IMG/VR virus record: IMGVR_UViG_3300006921_000009
Span: 23,305 to 87,304 of that record
DNA from: a virus
Length of the DNA stretch: 64,000 bases
Reading direction: 5' to 3' (one strand)
Below, piece after piece: positions 45,527-55,332 of the stretch; positions within the stretch are counted from its first letter, which is position 1; the number at the start of each line of letters is the position of its first letter. The translations under genes were made by a program, and so were the position numbers. The notes beneath the pieces were generated by a model. That model was not told where the DNA came from, searched no databases, and worked only from the letters and a program-made list of their open reading frames with translations.

Positions 45527-46630
45527 ATGTACGGATATTTTCATACACCTTTACGTTATGCACCTGGAATGGGTAGTATCTCTTTAGGTACACTATTGAC
45601 TAATGCATTCCGCACAAGGGTTGAAGCAGATGGAGGAACAGTAGAAGCAACCTCTTATTTAAAAAGTACAATTACATCATTAGGGACTACATTAACTGAT
45701 TCTGATTTTTCAGTATTACCTCACGGTTATAAGGCGTTTAAGCTTTATGCTTTTACAGATGATGCAGCAGATGATTTAACTTTTCAGCGAGCTTCTACTA
45801 GTACAAGAGTAAATTCAGCAGGACTTATTGAGACAGTAAGTAGTAACATACCTAGAATAGATTATAAAGTAATAGATGCTCCTGTAATATTAGTAGAGCC
45901 ACAATCTACAAACTTAGTAACTCATTCTACAGATATAAGTGATTCATCTTATACTATTATAAGAGCTTCTGTAATTGACAATGGAATAACTACACCAATA
46001 GACGGTCAAACAGCACAAAAGGTTGTAGCTACCTCAGCAACTGGTAACCATTTCTTAAGAGAAATTGTATCTAACCCTACAGCGAGTACTTATACAGTAA
46101 GTGCTTTTATTAAAAAGGCAGGATGTAATGTGGCTCTTCGTGTTACTGGTGCATCATTCAGTAATCGTATAGAGTGGCAAATAGATTTGTCTGATGGTTC
46201 TGATATTAACTTTACTCAAGCCGGTACATTTTCAGGTACTACATCAGTAGAGGCTTTAGCTAATGATTGGTTCAGAGTAGAGGCGGTAATAACATTGTCA
46301 AGTTCAGACACTAAATTGGAGAGTAGTTTCTTTGTACTTAACCCAGCAAATAATAACGTTGGTGGTTGGACTGGAGATGACGCTTCTGGATTCTACTTAG
46401 CAGGTTATCAAATAGAGAATCGCTCTGGAGCTACTTCTTATATTCCTACTTCTGGAACAGCTGTAACAAGAGTTGCAGATACTGTCCAAAGATTTAACTT
46501 ACCTATTGGTTCAGATACTGTAGTCGCAACATTTGAAGATGGGACAACAGACGTTACAACAGGTGGCGGAGGATTAGCAACATACACTTTACCAGTAGGT
46601 AGAATAAAAAGTGTAATTCAAATACCATAA
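45527..46630 (+). CDS. Fibre/spike-type virion protein with carbohydrate-binding-like domain
   Basis: RVNSAGLIETV...PRIDY...LVEPQSTNL and ATSYIPTSGTAVTR motifs typical of aquatic phage fibre proteins. Confidence 0.7.
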   Translation: MYGYFHTPLRYAPGMGSISLGTLLTNAFRTRVEADGGTVEATSYLKSTITSLGTTLTDSDFSVLPHGYKAFKLYAFTDDAADDLTFQRASTSTRVNSAGLIETVSSNIPRIDYKVIDAPVILVEPQSTNLVTHSTDISDSSYTIIRASVIDNGITTPIDGQTAQKVVATSATGNHFLREIVSNPTASTYTVSAFIKKAGCNVALRVTGASFSNRIEWQIDLSDGSDINFTQAGTFSGTTSVEALANDWFRVEAVITLSSSDTKLESSFFVLNPANNNVGGWTGDDASGFYLAGYQIENRSGATSYIPTSGTAVTRVADTVQRFNLPIGSDTVVATFEDGTTDVTTGGGGLATYTLPVGRIKSVIQIP

Positions 46631-46631
46631 G

Positions 46632-46937
46632 ATGAATATTTACAAATTAATTTATAAGACAGATGCCTCAGCTTTATCTGATTTAGTGAAGCACGGTATC
46701 TATAAAAAAGAAAATAATAAATACGTTCTATGTAACCCAAATAGTGCTGTAGTTCGTGTAGGGCTTATAGAAAAGACACCAGCAGTAATAAATTCAGACG
46801 GGGACACAACGACACCAGCAACATTTTACTCAGAGATTGCTTACGATGTTATGACAGAAAAAACTATTAAGTTTAAGAAGTCAAATATAGCTAACGTAAC
46901 TAATCCAAAACATAAATTTGCCGGGATCCAAAATTAA
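46632..46937 (+). CDS. Hypothetical fibre-associated protein
   Basis: 101 aa ending PKHKFAG, directly after the fibre gene. Confidence 0.6.
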   Translation: MNIYKLIYKTDASALSDLVKHGIYKKENNKYVLCNPNSAVVRVGLIEKTPAVINSDGDTTTPATFYSEIAYDVMTEKTIKFKKSNIANVTNPKHKFAGIQN

Positions 46938-46957
46938 TATTTAACAAACACACACAC

Positions 46958-47338
46958 ATGATCAACCTTATTTACACATTGGCTAGTGGAGGTACAGACA
47001 TAAGTACGATCTTGATTACTGTTGTAGGGACAGTAGGTGCAGGAGGTACAGTTAAATTAGTTCAAATGATTCTTAACTATCGCAAAGAAATACGTAAAGA
47101 CGAAGCAGCCAAAGAAAGCCGCCCGTGGATTGAGTATAAAGAAAGCGTACAAGAACGTATAGCTACTTTAGAAAGTCTAGTAGTAAAGTTAAGAAAACAT
47201 ATTGAAACATTAATCACAACTCACTCAGAGCGAGTGATAGATTTATCCACGGAGAACGCAACTCTTATTGCTGAATTAAAAGCAGCTTTAGAAGAGATTG
47301 AAGAACTACGTGAAGAGCTAGGAAGGCTTAACCAATAA
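46958..47338 (+). CDS. TM plus coiled-coil protein; holin or i-spanin candidate
   Basis: N-terminal hydrophobic ILITVVGTVGAGG segment followed by a long coiled coil. Confidence 0.5.
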   Translation: MINLIYTLASGGTDISTILITVVGTVGAGGTVKLVQMILNYRKEIRKDEAAKESRPWIEYKESVQERIATLESLVVKLRKHIETLITTHSERVIDLSTENATLIAELKAALEEIEELREELGRLNQ

Positions 47339-47350
47339 TTACTTAAAACG

Positions 47351-47533
47351 ATGAGAGTATTTGATATTTTTAAAAAGAAGACGTCTGTTAACAAGAAAGA
47401 ATTAATTAAGTTAATGAAAGCAGCAGACGAAGCTCCTGCACAGTTGGAGAAACTTGGAAAACAAATGGAAGAATTAGAAGCCAGGTTAATCCAAGAAATT
47501 CACGAAGGTTGCGCTAAGTTATTAGAAAAATAA
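47351..47533 (+). CDS. Small coiled-coil hypothetical protein
   Basis: 60-aa ORF in the operon. Confidence 0.5.
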   Translation: MRVFDIFKKKTSVNKKELIKLMKAADEAPAQLEKLGKQMEELEARLIQEIHEGCAKLLEK

Positions 47534-47553
47534 AAAAAAAGTGCCGTCAGGTA

Positions 47554-47583
47554 TTGTTTTAGTAAATAGTTTTTGTATCTTTG
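47554..47583 (+). promoter_or_regulatory. Bacteroidota-type promoter
   Basis: TTG, 19 nt, TATCTTTG. Confidence 0.65.
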
Positions 47584-47688
47584 TAAAACAAGGAATTAAA
47601 CAACGAGAAATATTTGTACTAAAGTAGTACTAGTATTATAACTTAAACAGATGTGGCGATAGGGGTCACATCTTTATTTAAAACAATT

Positions 47689-48609
47689 ATGACTAAAGAG
47701 GCACTAAAAAAGTTTTTAATATCAAAGCCAGGTTACATTAAATCTGGAGCACCTAAAATTTCAAGAATATTTAATGTATCTATGAACATCGCTACTGCAG
47801 CACGTAAGGCAGCTATGGCAGAGATTGCAGAGGATACTGAACCAGTTCCAACACAAGACGCTTTATACAAAGAGTTCTTAGAATGGAAAGCAAACGCTAA
47901 TCCGTTTAAAAAGATTCCAACAGAAAGACTACCAAAACCGTATACAGGTGGTAATCCTGATAACGTATTAGTTATTGGAGATTTACATGAGCCATTCTGT
48001 TTAAAAGAATATTTAAAGTTTTGTAGAGAAATACAAGAGCGTGATGATTGCGGAACAGTAGTCTTCATTGGCGATGTTATAGATAATCACTACAGCTCAT
48101 ACCATGAGTCAGAAATGCAAACGTTTGGACCAAATGAAGAGTTTGATGTTGCAAAGGCTAAACTACAAAGATGGTACAAAGTATTTCCAGAAGCATACGT
48201 AACAATTGGTAACCATGACCGTATGGTACACCGTAAAGCTAAGTCAGCAGGTATAGCTGATCAATGGGTTATAGATTACTCAACTGCATTAGGAACTCCA
48301 GGATGGAAGTTTGTGCATGAGGTTATGATTCAAGGAGTATGTTACAATCACGGAGAAGGTGGAACAGCAAGAAGTAGAATGAAGAATGATCTTTGTCCAC
48401 AAGTACAGGGTCACTTACACTCACAATTCTATGTTGATTATTCTGTAGGAAAAGAACATAAAATCTTTGGTATGCAAGTAGGTTGTGGAATTGACAGAAC
48501 TGCATTTGCATTTGCCTACGGTAAGAATGGACCTAAGCCAGTCATTGGTTGTGGTACAGTAACTAATAAAGGAAAACTTCCATGTTTATACCCAATGGAA
48601 TTAAAATAA
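47689..48609 (+). CDS. Calcineurin-like metallophosphoesterase with N-terminal extension
   Basis: GDLH, GDVID, GNHD, NHG and GHLH motifs; start taken at ATG 47689. Confidence 0.88.
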   Translation: MTKEALKKFLISKPGYIKSGAPKISRIFNVSMNIATAARKAAMAEIAEDTEPVPTQDALYKEFLEWKANANPFKKIPTERLPKPYTGGNPDNVLVIGDLHEPFCLKEYLKFCREIQERDDCGTVVFIGDVIDNHYSSYHESEMQTFGPNEEFDVAKAKLQRWYKVFPEAYVTIGNHDRMVHRKAKSAGIADQWVIDYSTALGTPGWKFVHEVMIQGVCYNHGEGGTARSRMKNDLCPQVQGHLHSQFYVDYSVGKEHKIFGMQVGCGIDRTAFAFAYGKNGPKPVIGCGTVTNKGKLPCLYPMELK

Positions 48610-48691
48610 TTAAAGAGAATAAACAGGATGTGGGGTTCTGGAGAGGAGGGCTACTATGTGGTCCTCCATTTCTCGTTTTTAAACATACACT

Positions 48692-49384
48692 ATGACTTAC
48701 AATGAAATAGCCTTTGATATCTTAGAGATACTAAAGGGTAACCAAATTAGTGATGACAATGATATCAGTTTAGAGCAGATACTTTATCACGTAAATAATC
48801 AAAGAGCTTTGTTACTTAGAAATGAGTATAACAAGCCTGGTCGTAAAATAGACCAACATCTAGTGTCAGACTTAGGATGTTTAAAACTAATAGAAGTAGA
48901 TGCAGCAGAATGTTGCTCTGTAGATATAGGGTGTATAGCTCTAAGAACAGAAAAGAAGATCCCTGCATTACTAGAACTACATAGTGGGACAGCATTACAA
49001 AGAGTTGGACCAGTAAACAAACTAGCAGCTCCGTATTCAGTTACATCGGGTACAGTATCTCATTACAGAAAATACAACAAGTACACAGGTAACGATATTC
49101 AAGCTGTATTCTTAAATGACTACATCTACTTAATTCTACCTAAGCCACAAGATCAGGCAATAGAATATATCAACGCTAGAGTAGTGGTAGCAAATCCAAT
49201 AGACTTATTAGACTTTAAATGTGACAGTACAGGTACAGCTTGTTTCAGTTACGATGATGAGTATCCTATTAACAACTGGATGATACCTTACATGAAAGAA
49301 CAAATACTACAACAATTTGGAATGAGTTTACAAGTTCCAAAGGATAACGATAATAACGCTAAAGATAATAACAGTCAAAGCTAA
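48692..49384 (+). CDS. Tail ring protein
   Basis: MTYNEIAFDILE...SDD...QRALLL; crAss tail gene order. Confidence 0.6.
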   Translation: MTYNEIAFDILEILKGNQISDDNDISLEQILYHVNNQRALLLRNEYNKPGRKIDQHLVSDLGCLKLIEVDAAECCSVDIGCIALRTEKKIPALLELHSGTALQRVGPVNKLAAPYSVTSGTVSHYRKYNKYTGNDIQAVFLNDYIYLILPKPQDQAIEYINARVVVANPIDLLDFKCDSTGTACFSYDDEYPINNWMIPYMKEQILQQFGMSLQVPKDNDNNAKDNNSQS

Positions 49385-49387
49385 TAC

Positions 49388-49954
49388 ATGAAACAGAGGA
49401 AAGGGAAGCAATCTGAGAAACATAAAGCGCATATAAAGAGTAGAGATTTTTATCATCACTACAGCATAATGCACTTTAAAGGACACGACAAAAAAAGGAA
49501 CAGAGTTTTAATAGATAGAGATAGCGCATTTTATGTAGACTACTCTACTTATTGTCAAGTAATAGATTCTTTTAATAAACAATTAAGAGATGAGATACTT
49601 TACAACTCATTTGACTTTAACATGCCATATAGACTTGGTCTACTAGGTATACGGAAAAAGAAACTTACACCTTGGATAAATAAGGAAGGGGAGTTAGTTA
49701 ATCCGTTACCAATAGACTGGAAAGCTACAATGGATCTATGGGAAGTAGATGAGGAAGCTAAACGCCTAAAGAAACGTGTAAGACATTATAACGAACATAC
49801 AAAAGGCTATATCGCCCAATGGTACTATTCAACTACAAAGGCTACATATCAATGGAAGAGTGCATACTCTTTTATACCCTGTAGAACTGCTAAGTTAGAT
49901 TTGAGTAAAGTACTTAAAGACGAAGACAGCAAAATTGATTACTATTTACTATAA
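49388..49954 (+). CDS. IHF-like protein of the crAss tail module
   Basis: FNMPYRLGLLGIRKKK, IDWKAT, YSFIPCR; position between ring proteins. Confidence 0.6.
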   Translation: MKQRKGKQSEKHKAHIKSRDFYHHYSIMHFKGHDKKRNRVLIDRDSAFYVDYSTYCQVIDSFNKQLRDEILYNSFDFNMPYRLGLLGIRKKKLTPWINKEGELVNPLPIDWKATMDLWEVDEEAKRLKKRVRHYNEHTKGYIAQWYYSTTKATYQWKSAYSFIPCRTAKLDLSKVLKDEDSKIDYYLL

Positions 49955-49963
49955 ACTAAAACA

Positions 49964-50719
49964 ATGCTTGGAAACGGAAAATACGTATCTATAGAACCTA
50001 TACTTGCAAAGGTATACCGTGATATGGGTATGACAGAAGACTTAGACATTACTGACGCAATTGAGTGGGCAGGTGAAGCTATGGAATTCATAGGTGCAAC
50101 TGTATTTCTTAATGAGAAAGTAAAGTCTATAGACGTAGAAAATTACAAAGCTAAGCTACCAGTAGAATTACACTACATTAATACGGTAGCAGGAGTAGAC
50201 ATGGTAGTAGATAAACTAAATTGTCCGGATGAGAACAGTATAGCTTACACAGCTATGCGTTATACAACGGATTCATTTCATCATTGGAGATGTGGATTTT
50301 CTGAAGATAGCTCTTGTGCATCTGATTTAACATACTCTATAAACGATGATTACTTATTTCCTAACTTCTCTGAAGGTAAGGTATTAATTTCTTACATGGC
50401 TATGCCTGTAGATGAAAGAGGTTACCCTACTATTCCAGATGACGTTAAATTTAAAGAGGCTGTAGCTTCTCATATTAAATGGAGAATAGGTTTTATTAGA
50501 TGGATGTCTGGTAAGTTACCAGGAGCTGTTTATCAGAAACTAGAGCAAGATCGCGATTGGTATATTGGAGCAGCACAAACTAGAGATAAGATGCCTTCAG
50601 TAGATATGGCAGAATCTATTAAGAATAACTGGTTAAGACTTATACCAAAGATTAATCAACATGCAGACGGACATAAGTCAGCAGGAAAAGCAGAACAACG
50701 TATAACACATAACTCATAA
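49964..50719 (+). CDS. Tail tubular/ring protein (P22 gp4-like adaptor position)
   Basis: DAIEWAGEA, VENYKAKLP, PVDERGYPTIPD; directly upstream of the muzzle gene. Confidence 0.65.
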   Translation: MLGNGKYVSIEPILAKVYRDMGMTEDLDITDAIEWAGEAMEFIGATVFLNEKVKSIDVENYKAKLPVELHYINTVAGVDMVVDKLNCPDENSIAYTAMRYTTDSFHHWRCGFSEDSSCASDLTYSINDDYLFPNFSEGKVLISYMAMPVDERGYPTIPDDVKFKEAVASHIKWRIGFIRWMSGKLPGAVYQKLEQDRDWYIGAAQTRDKMPSVDMAESIKNNWLRLIPKINQHADGHKSAGKAEQRITHNS

Positions 50720-50722
50720 AAG

Positions 50723-53700
50723 ATGGAAGCAAAACAAGGGTACCTTAAAGGTATGGACCAAGATTCTTCTTTCTCTAAAAGAGATCCTAACTCTTATTTT
50801 TCTGCAAAGAACTTTAAAGTGGTTACAGATGGAGGAAACTCTTCTGGATCTTTAGAAACTGAGGCAGGAACTAAAATAGCTTTTAGCATCCCAAATATAG
50901 CGGAGATGACTTTAGGGGATGTTAGTACATCGGTTATACCAGCACAAAACAATTTAAAAATAATAGGCTCATGTACATTAGTAGATGAGTTAATCTTATT
51001 TACAACTGAAAATACTAGTGCAACTACAGGAGATGCATATGGACAAATTTGGAAGTGTAAGTACGATGAAAATACAGATGAGATTATAGGATTAAATAAT
51101 GGTTTTCTTACAGTAGAAGACCATCTTATGTATAATCAAAAATTAGGTTTTTCTACAGAGTTCCGTATTAACAAGGCAGTTGCTTTGTACGAGACAGAGA
51201 ATAAACAAAGAGTATACTGGACAGATAATAACAATCAAGTTAGGGTTTTTAATTTAGCTGATCCAAATAGATTAAATACTGAGATAAATACTATTGACTT
51301 GTTTCCAGGAACAACATTAGCACAACCTGTAGTACAATCATTAGGAGTAGGAAGTCTAACAACAAGTACTCAGATTCAGTTTACATACAGGCTATTAAAG
51401 TCTAGTGGAAGTGAGACAGGTTATGCGCCTCCATCAGTTATGTATCCTTTAACACAGGCAACTACAGAAAATACTAACTATGAGACTTTTTCTGCTGGAG
51501 GTACTAGTGCTAATAAAAGTGTTACTTATACAATTAAAGGTTTAGATACTACGTACGAAGTAATACAACACATTGCTGTACTATACAATAATAATGGTAC
51601 ACTAGCAAGTATATCTGAGTTTTCTGAACAATCTATCCCGCAAACTGGGGAAGTAACAGTAACTTGTTCTTCTCTTGCAAATGCAACAACAATACCTTTA
51701 GAAGAGTATGCTATAATTAACACAGGTTTTACTAAAGCTAAAGATATAGAGGTACAAGGTAATAGATTGGTAGCAGCAAACCTTACTACTAAAGAAAGCG
51801 AGTTAAACTTTGATGCAAGAGCATATAGATTTAATAGTCCTACTACAAAGTACTCACCAATACAGTCAGAGTATCCATTAGCTGATTTGAATAATCAACC
51901 AATGGCACTTTTGATAGATAAAGATGATCCTACACAGAATATATTACTTACAAACAATTCTACCGCAGGTGGACCTTTGTATGATTCTGTACCTAAAGAA
52001 CATGATTGTATAAACATTTTAAATACAGAAACAGAAGCCAATTGGGCTACTGCAGCACAACAGTATAAATACCAAGCAGACGGTGTTACTTTAGGTGGAC
52101 AAGGTAAGAATATTTCTTATGAGTTTACTACACAAGATGTAAGTGGTGCAACGTTTTTTAATGGTAATCAATCTACTGATGCAGATAAGAAAATACAAGT
52201 ACACGGATTTCCTCCAGGTACAACGCCTATTTATTCAGGTGCTTTAGAAGCGGATGGAACATTAAAGCCGATATACATTGAGAATCAATTAAACAGTATG
52301 GCTGCTCCTTGGGCACATGCAAACTTTTCTGGTTATGCTAGAGGTGAGGTTTATAGATTTGCAATTGCATTACACGATAATAATGGTGCAGTAGGTTTTG
52401 TAGAATGGATTGGAGATATCAGATTCCCTGAAGTAAGGGATGGATTTCCTTTATCTAGTAATACAGGCACACAGGCTGCTTATGGTACATTACAATTAAA
52501 ACAATTAGGTATTAAATTTACAGTTGATGTAAGTAGTATATCTGATAAGATCTCAGGTTATTCTATTGTTAGATTACCTAGAGAAACACAAGATAAAAGT
52601 AAGTTAGGTACAGGTGTCCATATGTTTTTTGGAGCAATTACAGAAGCTCATGGTGGTTCTGTAATTCAAAGTTATTACGATACAGGTATACCTGCAACAT
52701 CTAGTGCGGTTACTAATCCGTTCTACACTAGTTGTAGAGTAACACTTGACGGAGATGATGACAACGTACTTATGCACTTAAATGATATACCTGGGTATTC
52801 TGTTATGAATGGTTCAGGAGCAGGTCTGACTGGTCTTGGGTTAAATAGTAACCCTATAGGAACAAGAAGACTAGGACACTTTATTAGTCCACTTGGGACA
52901 ATAGATACTTCTATAACGCATAAAAGTGGAGATTACATTGAAACATTAGGTTACTATGGTGGTTTTATGAATCACTGGGCTAGTAACCCAGGGAGTACTG
53001 CTGAGACTGATGCACAAGAGAATTTTTACTATAAAGGCTATGATACATTTGAAGAAGACCTAACTACTATAGAAAGATATGAAGTAGCTTATGCTATGAA
53101 ACTAAAGCCAGGACAAATCATAGATAATACTAATGATTTATTACCTAATACAGATAAGACAACAATAACTAATTTTGATGCTAGTGGTTCTAGTATAGTT
53201 GATTCTGATCCAGGATTACATAATAGTTCTTATAGTAGAGGTAAAGCAGGTTTAACTTCAAATTCTAAAGAATTACATCCTTTAGGTATTGGTAATGCTA
53301 AACTAGTATGGAGATTAAACATTGAAGGTACTTCTGGAGGATCTGTTACACCTAGTGTTCCTCACATGTCTACATCTATGAGACACTTGCATTCAAATGG
53401 TACTGTCTCTGATGGACTACAAACAGTTAATTTTAATGGAGGACGTGTAAGTAACGAAAACATTAAAGCAAAGTCAGTTAGTTACAGAAGATACTTAACT
53501 AATCAATACGGTGGAGATACCTATGAAAGTAGAAGTACTAACGAGTACCAATACATAGGACATTACCAGGTTACTAAAAATGTACCTGCAGCGGAAGTAT
53601 TATCTACAAAAGTATTTGGAGGTGATTCATACGTAAATTACTTTGACTCTGAAGCAATAGAGAGATACAATAATAATGAGCAACCAACTCACTCTAGATA

Positions 53701-55198
53701 TAAATCATTTGACATAAATTCACTATCTACAGCTATAATTGTACCGGTTGAATCTAGTGTAAACACAGAGTATAGAACAGGCAATACCTGGAGAGTAGAT
53801 AGAATAGCAACAAATGACTATTCACAAAATGATAATTCTATCTATAGTGGATGGATGGGCGAAGACCTAGTTCAGAATAAGTACTTTGCACGAGACTTTT
53901 TATCTGATTTTGTAAATTCACATCCTAATCAGTTATGGGCATCTGACGTTAAGATTAACGGTGAGTTATTTGACAGCTGGCGTTCATTCCCTATAGCCAA
54001 TAAAAGAGATGTAGATGGGATATATGGTCCTATTAATAAAATACTTTCTTTTAAGGATACATTACTATACTATCAAGATAGAGCATTTGGTATGGCGTCA
54101 TTAGATGAACGTAGTGTAATCAATGATACATCAGGACAATCTCTAGTATTAGGAGAAGGTGGTGTATTCCCAGATTATAGATACATATCAACTAACAGCG
54201 GTACAATACACCAAAACTCTGTAATAGGAACTGAAAGTGCAGTTTATCATTATGATGCAAGGTTGCAGAAACTAATGAGGTATTCTGGAGGATTAGAGCA
54301 GTTATCAGATCTTAAAGGTATGAGTAGTTTCTTTGGTAATAACATTAAAGGAAACATTACAAATACAGATAAAACATTAAGATCAACATCAACTGGTTTA
54401 GCTATAGGAGTGCACGGTGCATACGATGCTAAGTTTAACAGAGTATTGTATACGTTCTTATCAGACTACAAAGTATTTAAAGTATCTGATTTTATAGTAA
54501 CACCGACAGATGGACAAAAGTTACCACCATTGACTATTCCACAGGGAACGTTAATACAAGTAGGTAACGTTGTTTATGAGGCAGTAACTACGGTTGTAGT
54601 ACCTTATTCTCAACCACAAGCTAATCCTGATTTTACAGATGCTACGTTGTTTACTGTTAAGAAGTCACCTTCGTTTACATTAGGCTATAACGAGCTTCTA
54701 GGAGCATTTGAAAGTTTTTATGACTATGAGCCTCAAATGTATTTAGAATACGGTAGGAGACTATTATCTGTTAACCCTAATGCTAAGAATGAATTACATC
54801 AGCACAACGTAGGTGTTAACGGACAGTTTTATGGTATCAACTCTACATCAGAGCTACATACTATATTTGCACAACCAGCGGATATTAACAAAATATGGAA
54901 TAACATTGCATTTGTTAATGAAGTTTATGATGCTGCAGGATTAGATAAGTATGACGTAACGTTTGATAGTATGCAATTCTTTAATAACTATCAAGACACA
55001 GGAGTTATAGATATAACACCGGCTAACATGAAAAGACGTATGAGAACATGGCGAACTGCAATCCCTAGGGACGCAGCTAAAGCATTATCTAGAATGCGTA
55101 ACCAATGGTTAGAATGTGTATTGAAATATGAGAATGACGAAGGGTTTAGAAAAGTAGTACATGATATCATATACTCTTTTACACCTACTAAGTTATAA
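50723..55198 (+). CDS. Tail stabilization / muzzle protein
   Basis: 1491 aa; KGMDQD start, VYWTDNNN, RGEVYRFAI, FGGDSY and C-terminal RMRNQW; crAss gene order. Confidence 0.75.
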   Translation: MEAKQGYLKGMDQDSSFSKRDPNSYFSAKNFKVVTDGGNSSGSLETEAGTKIAFSIPNIAEMTLGDVSTSVIPAQNNLKIIGSCTLVDELILFTTENTSATTGDAYGQIWKCKYDENTDEIIGLNNGFLTVEDHLMYNQKLGFSTEFRINKAVALYETENKQRVYWTDNNNQVRVFNLADPNRLNTEINTIDLFPGTTLAQPVVQSLGVGSLTTSTQIQFTYRLLKSSGSETGYAPPSVMYPLTQATTENTNYETFSAGGTSANKSVTYTIKGLDTTYEVIQHIAVLYNNNGTLASISEFSEQSIPQTGEVTVTCSSLANATTIPLEEYAIINTGFTKAKDIEVQGNRLVAANLTTKESELNFDARAYRFNSPTTKYSPIQSEYPLADLNNQPMALLIDKDDPTQNILLTNNSTAGGPLYDSVPKEHDCINILNTETEANWATAAQQYKYQADGVTLGGQGKNISYEFTTQDVSGATFFNGNQSTDADKKIQVHGFPPGTTPIYSGALEADGTLKPIYIENQLNSMAAPWAHANFSGYARGEVYRFAIALHDNNGAVGFVEWIGDIRFPEVRDGFPLSSNTGTQAAYGTLQLKQLGIKFTVDVSSISDKISGYSIVRLPRETQDKSKLGTGVHMFFGAITEAHGGSVIQSYYDTGIPATSSAVTNPFYTSCRVTLDGDDDNVLMHLNDIPGYSVMNGSGAGLTGLGLNSNPIGTRRLGHFISPLGTIDTSITHKSGDYIETLGYYGGFMNHWASNPGSTAETDAQENFYYKGYDTFEEDLTTIERYEVAYAMKLKPGQIIDNTNDLLPNTDKTTITNFDASGSSIVDSDPGLHNSSYSRGKAGLTSNSKELHPLGIGNAKLVWRLNIEGTSGGSVTPSVPHMSTSMRHLHSNGTVSDGLQTVNFNGGRVSNENIKAKSVSYRRYLTNQYGGDTYESRSTNEYQYIGHYQVTKNVPAAEVLSTKVFGGDSYVNYFDSEAIERYNNNEQPTHSRYKSFDINSLSTAIIVPVESSVNTEYRTGNTWRVDRIATNDYSQNDNSIYSGWMGEDLVQNKYFARDFLSDFVNSHPNQLWASDVKINGELFDSWRSFPIANKRDVDGIYGPINKILSFKDTLLYYQDRAFGMASLDERSVINDTSGQSLVLGEGGVFPDYRYISTNSGTIHQNSVIGTESAVYHYDARLQKLMRYSGGLEQLSDLKGMSSFFGNNIKGNITNTDKTLRSTSTGLAIGVHGAYDAKFNRVLYTFLSDYKVFKVSDFIVTPTDGQKLPPLTIPQGTLIQVGNVVYEAVTTVVVPYSQPQANPDFTDATLFTVKKSPSFTLGYNELLGAFESFYDYEPQMYLEYGRRLLSVNPNAKNELHQHNVGVNGQFYGINSTSELHTIFAQPADINKIWNNIAFVNEVYDAAGLDKYDVTFDSMQFFNNYQDTGVIDITPANMKRRMRTWRTAIPRDAAKALSRMRNQWLECVLKYENDEGFRKVVHDIIYSFTPTKL

Positions 55199-55247
55199 CA
55201 TTACACGTAATAATAAAAACAGTTACACTAAAATAATAAGTGTAAAT

Positions 55248-55282
55248 TAAAGGGAGATTTCTTAGGAAGTCTCCTTTTTTTT
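55248..55282 (+). terminator. Intrinsic terminator
   Basis: GGAGATTTC/GAAGTCTCC stem plus long T-run. Confidence 0.7.
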
Positions 55283-55285
55283 GTT

Positions 55286-55293
55286 TATCTTTG
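55286..55293 (+). promoter_or_regulatory. -7 promoter element for the cargo/RNAP operon
   Basis: TATCTTTG directly after the terminator. Confidence 0.55.
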
Positions 55294-55332
55294 TACTTAT
55301 ACAGTACAAAGTTAGACATAACCAAATATATT

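Noticed and set aside
40020-46630. Diversity-generating retroelement acting on fibre genes
   Set aside because: No reverse transcriptase in the window and no template/variable repeat pair noticed.
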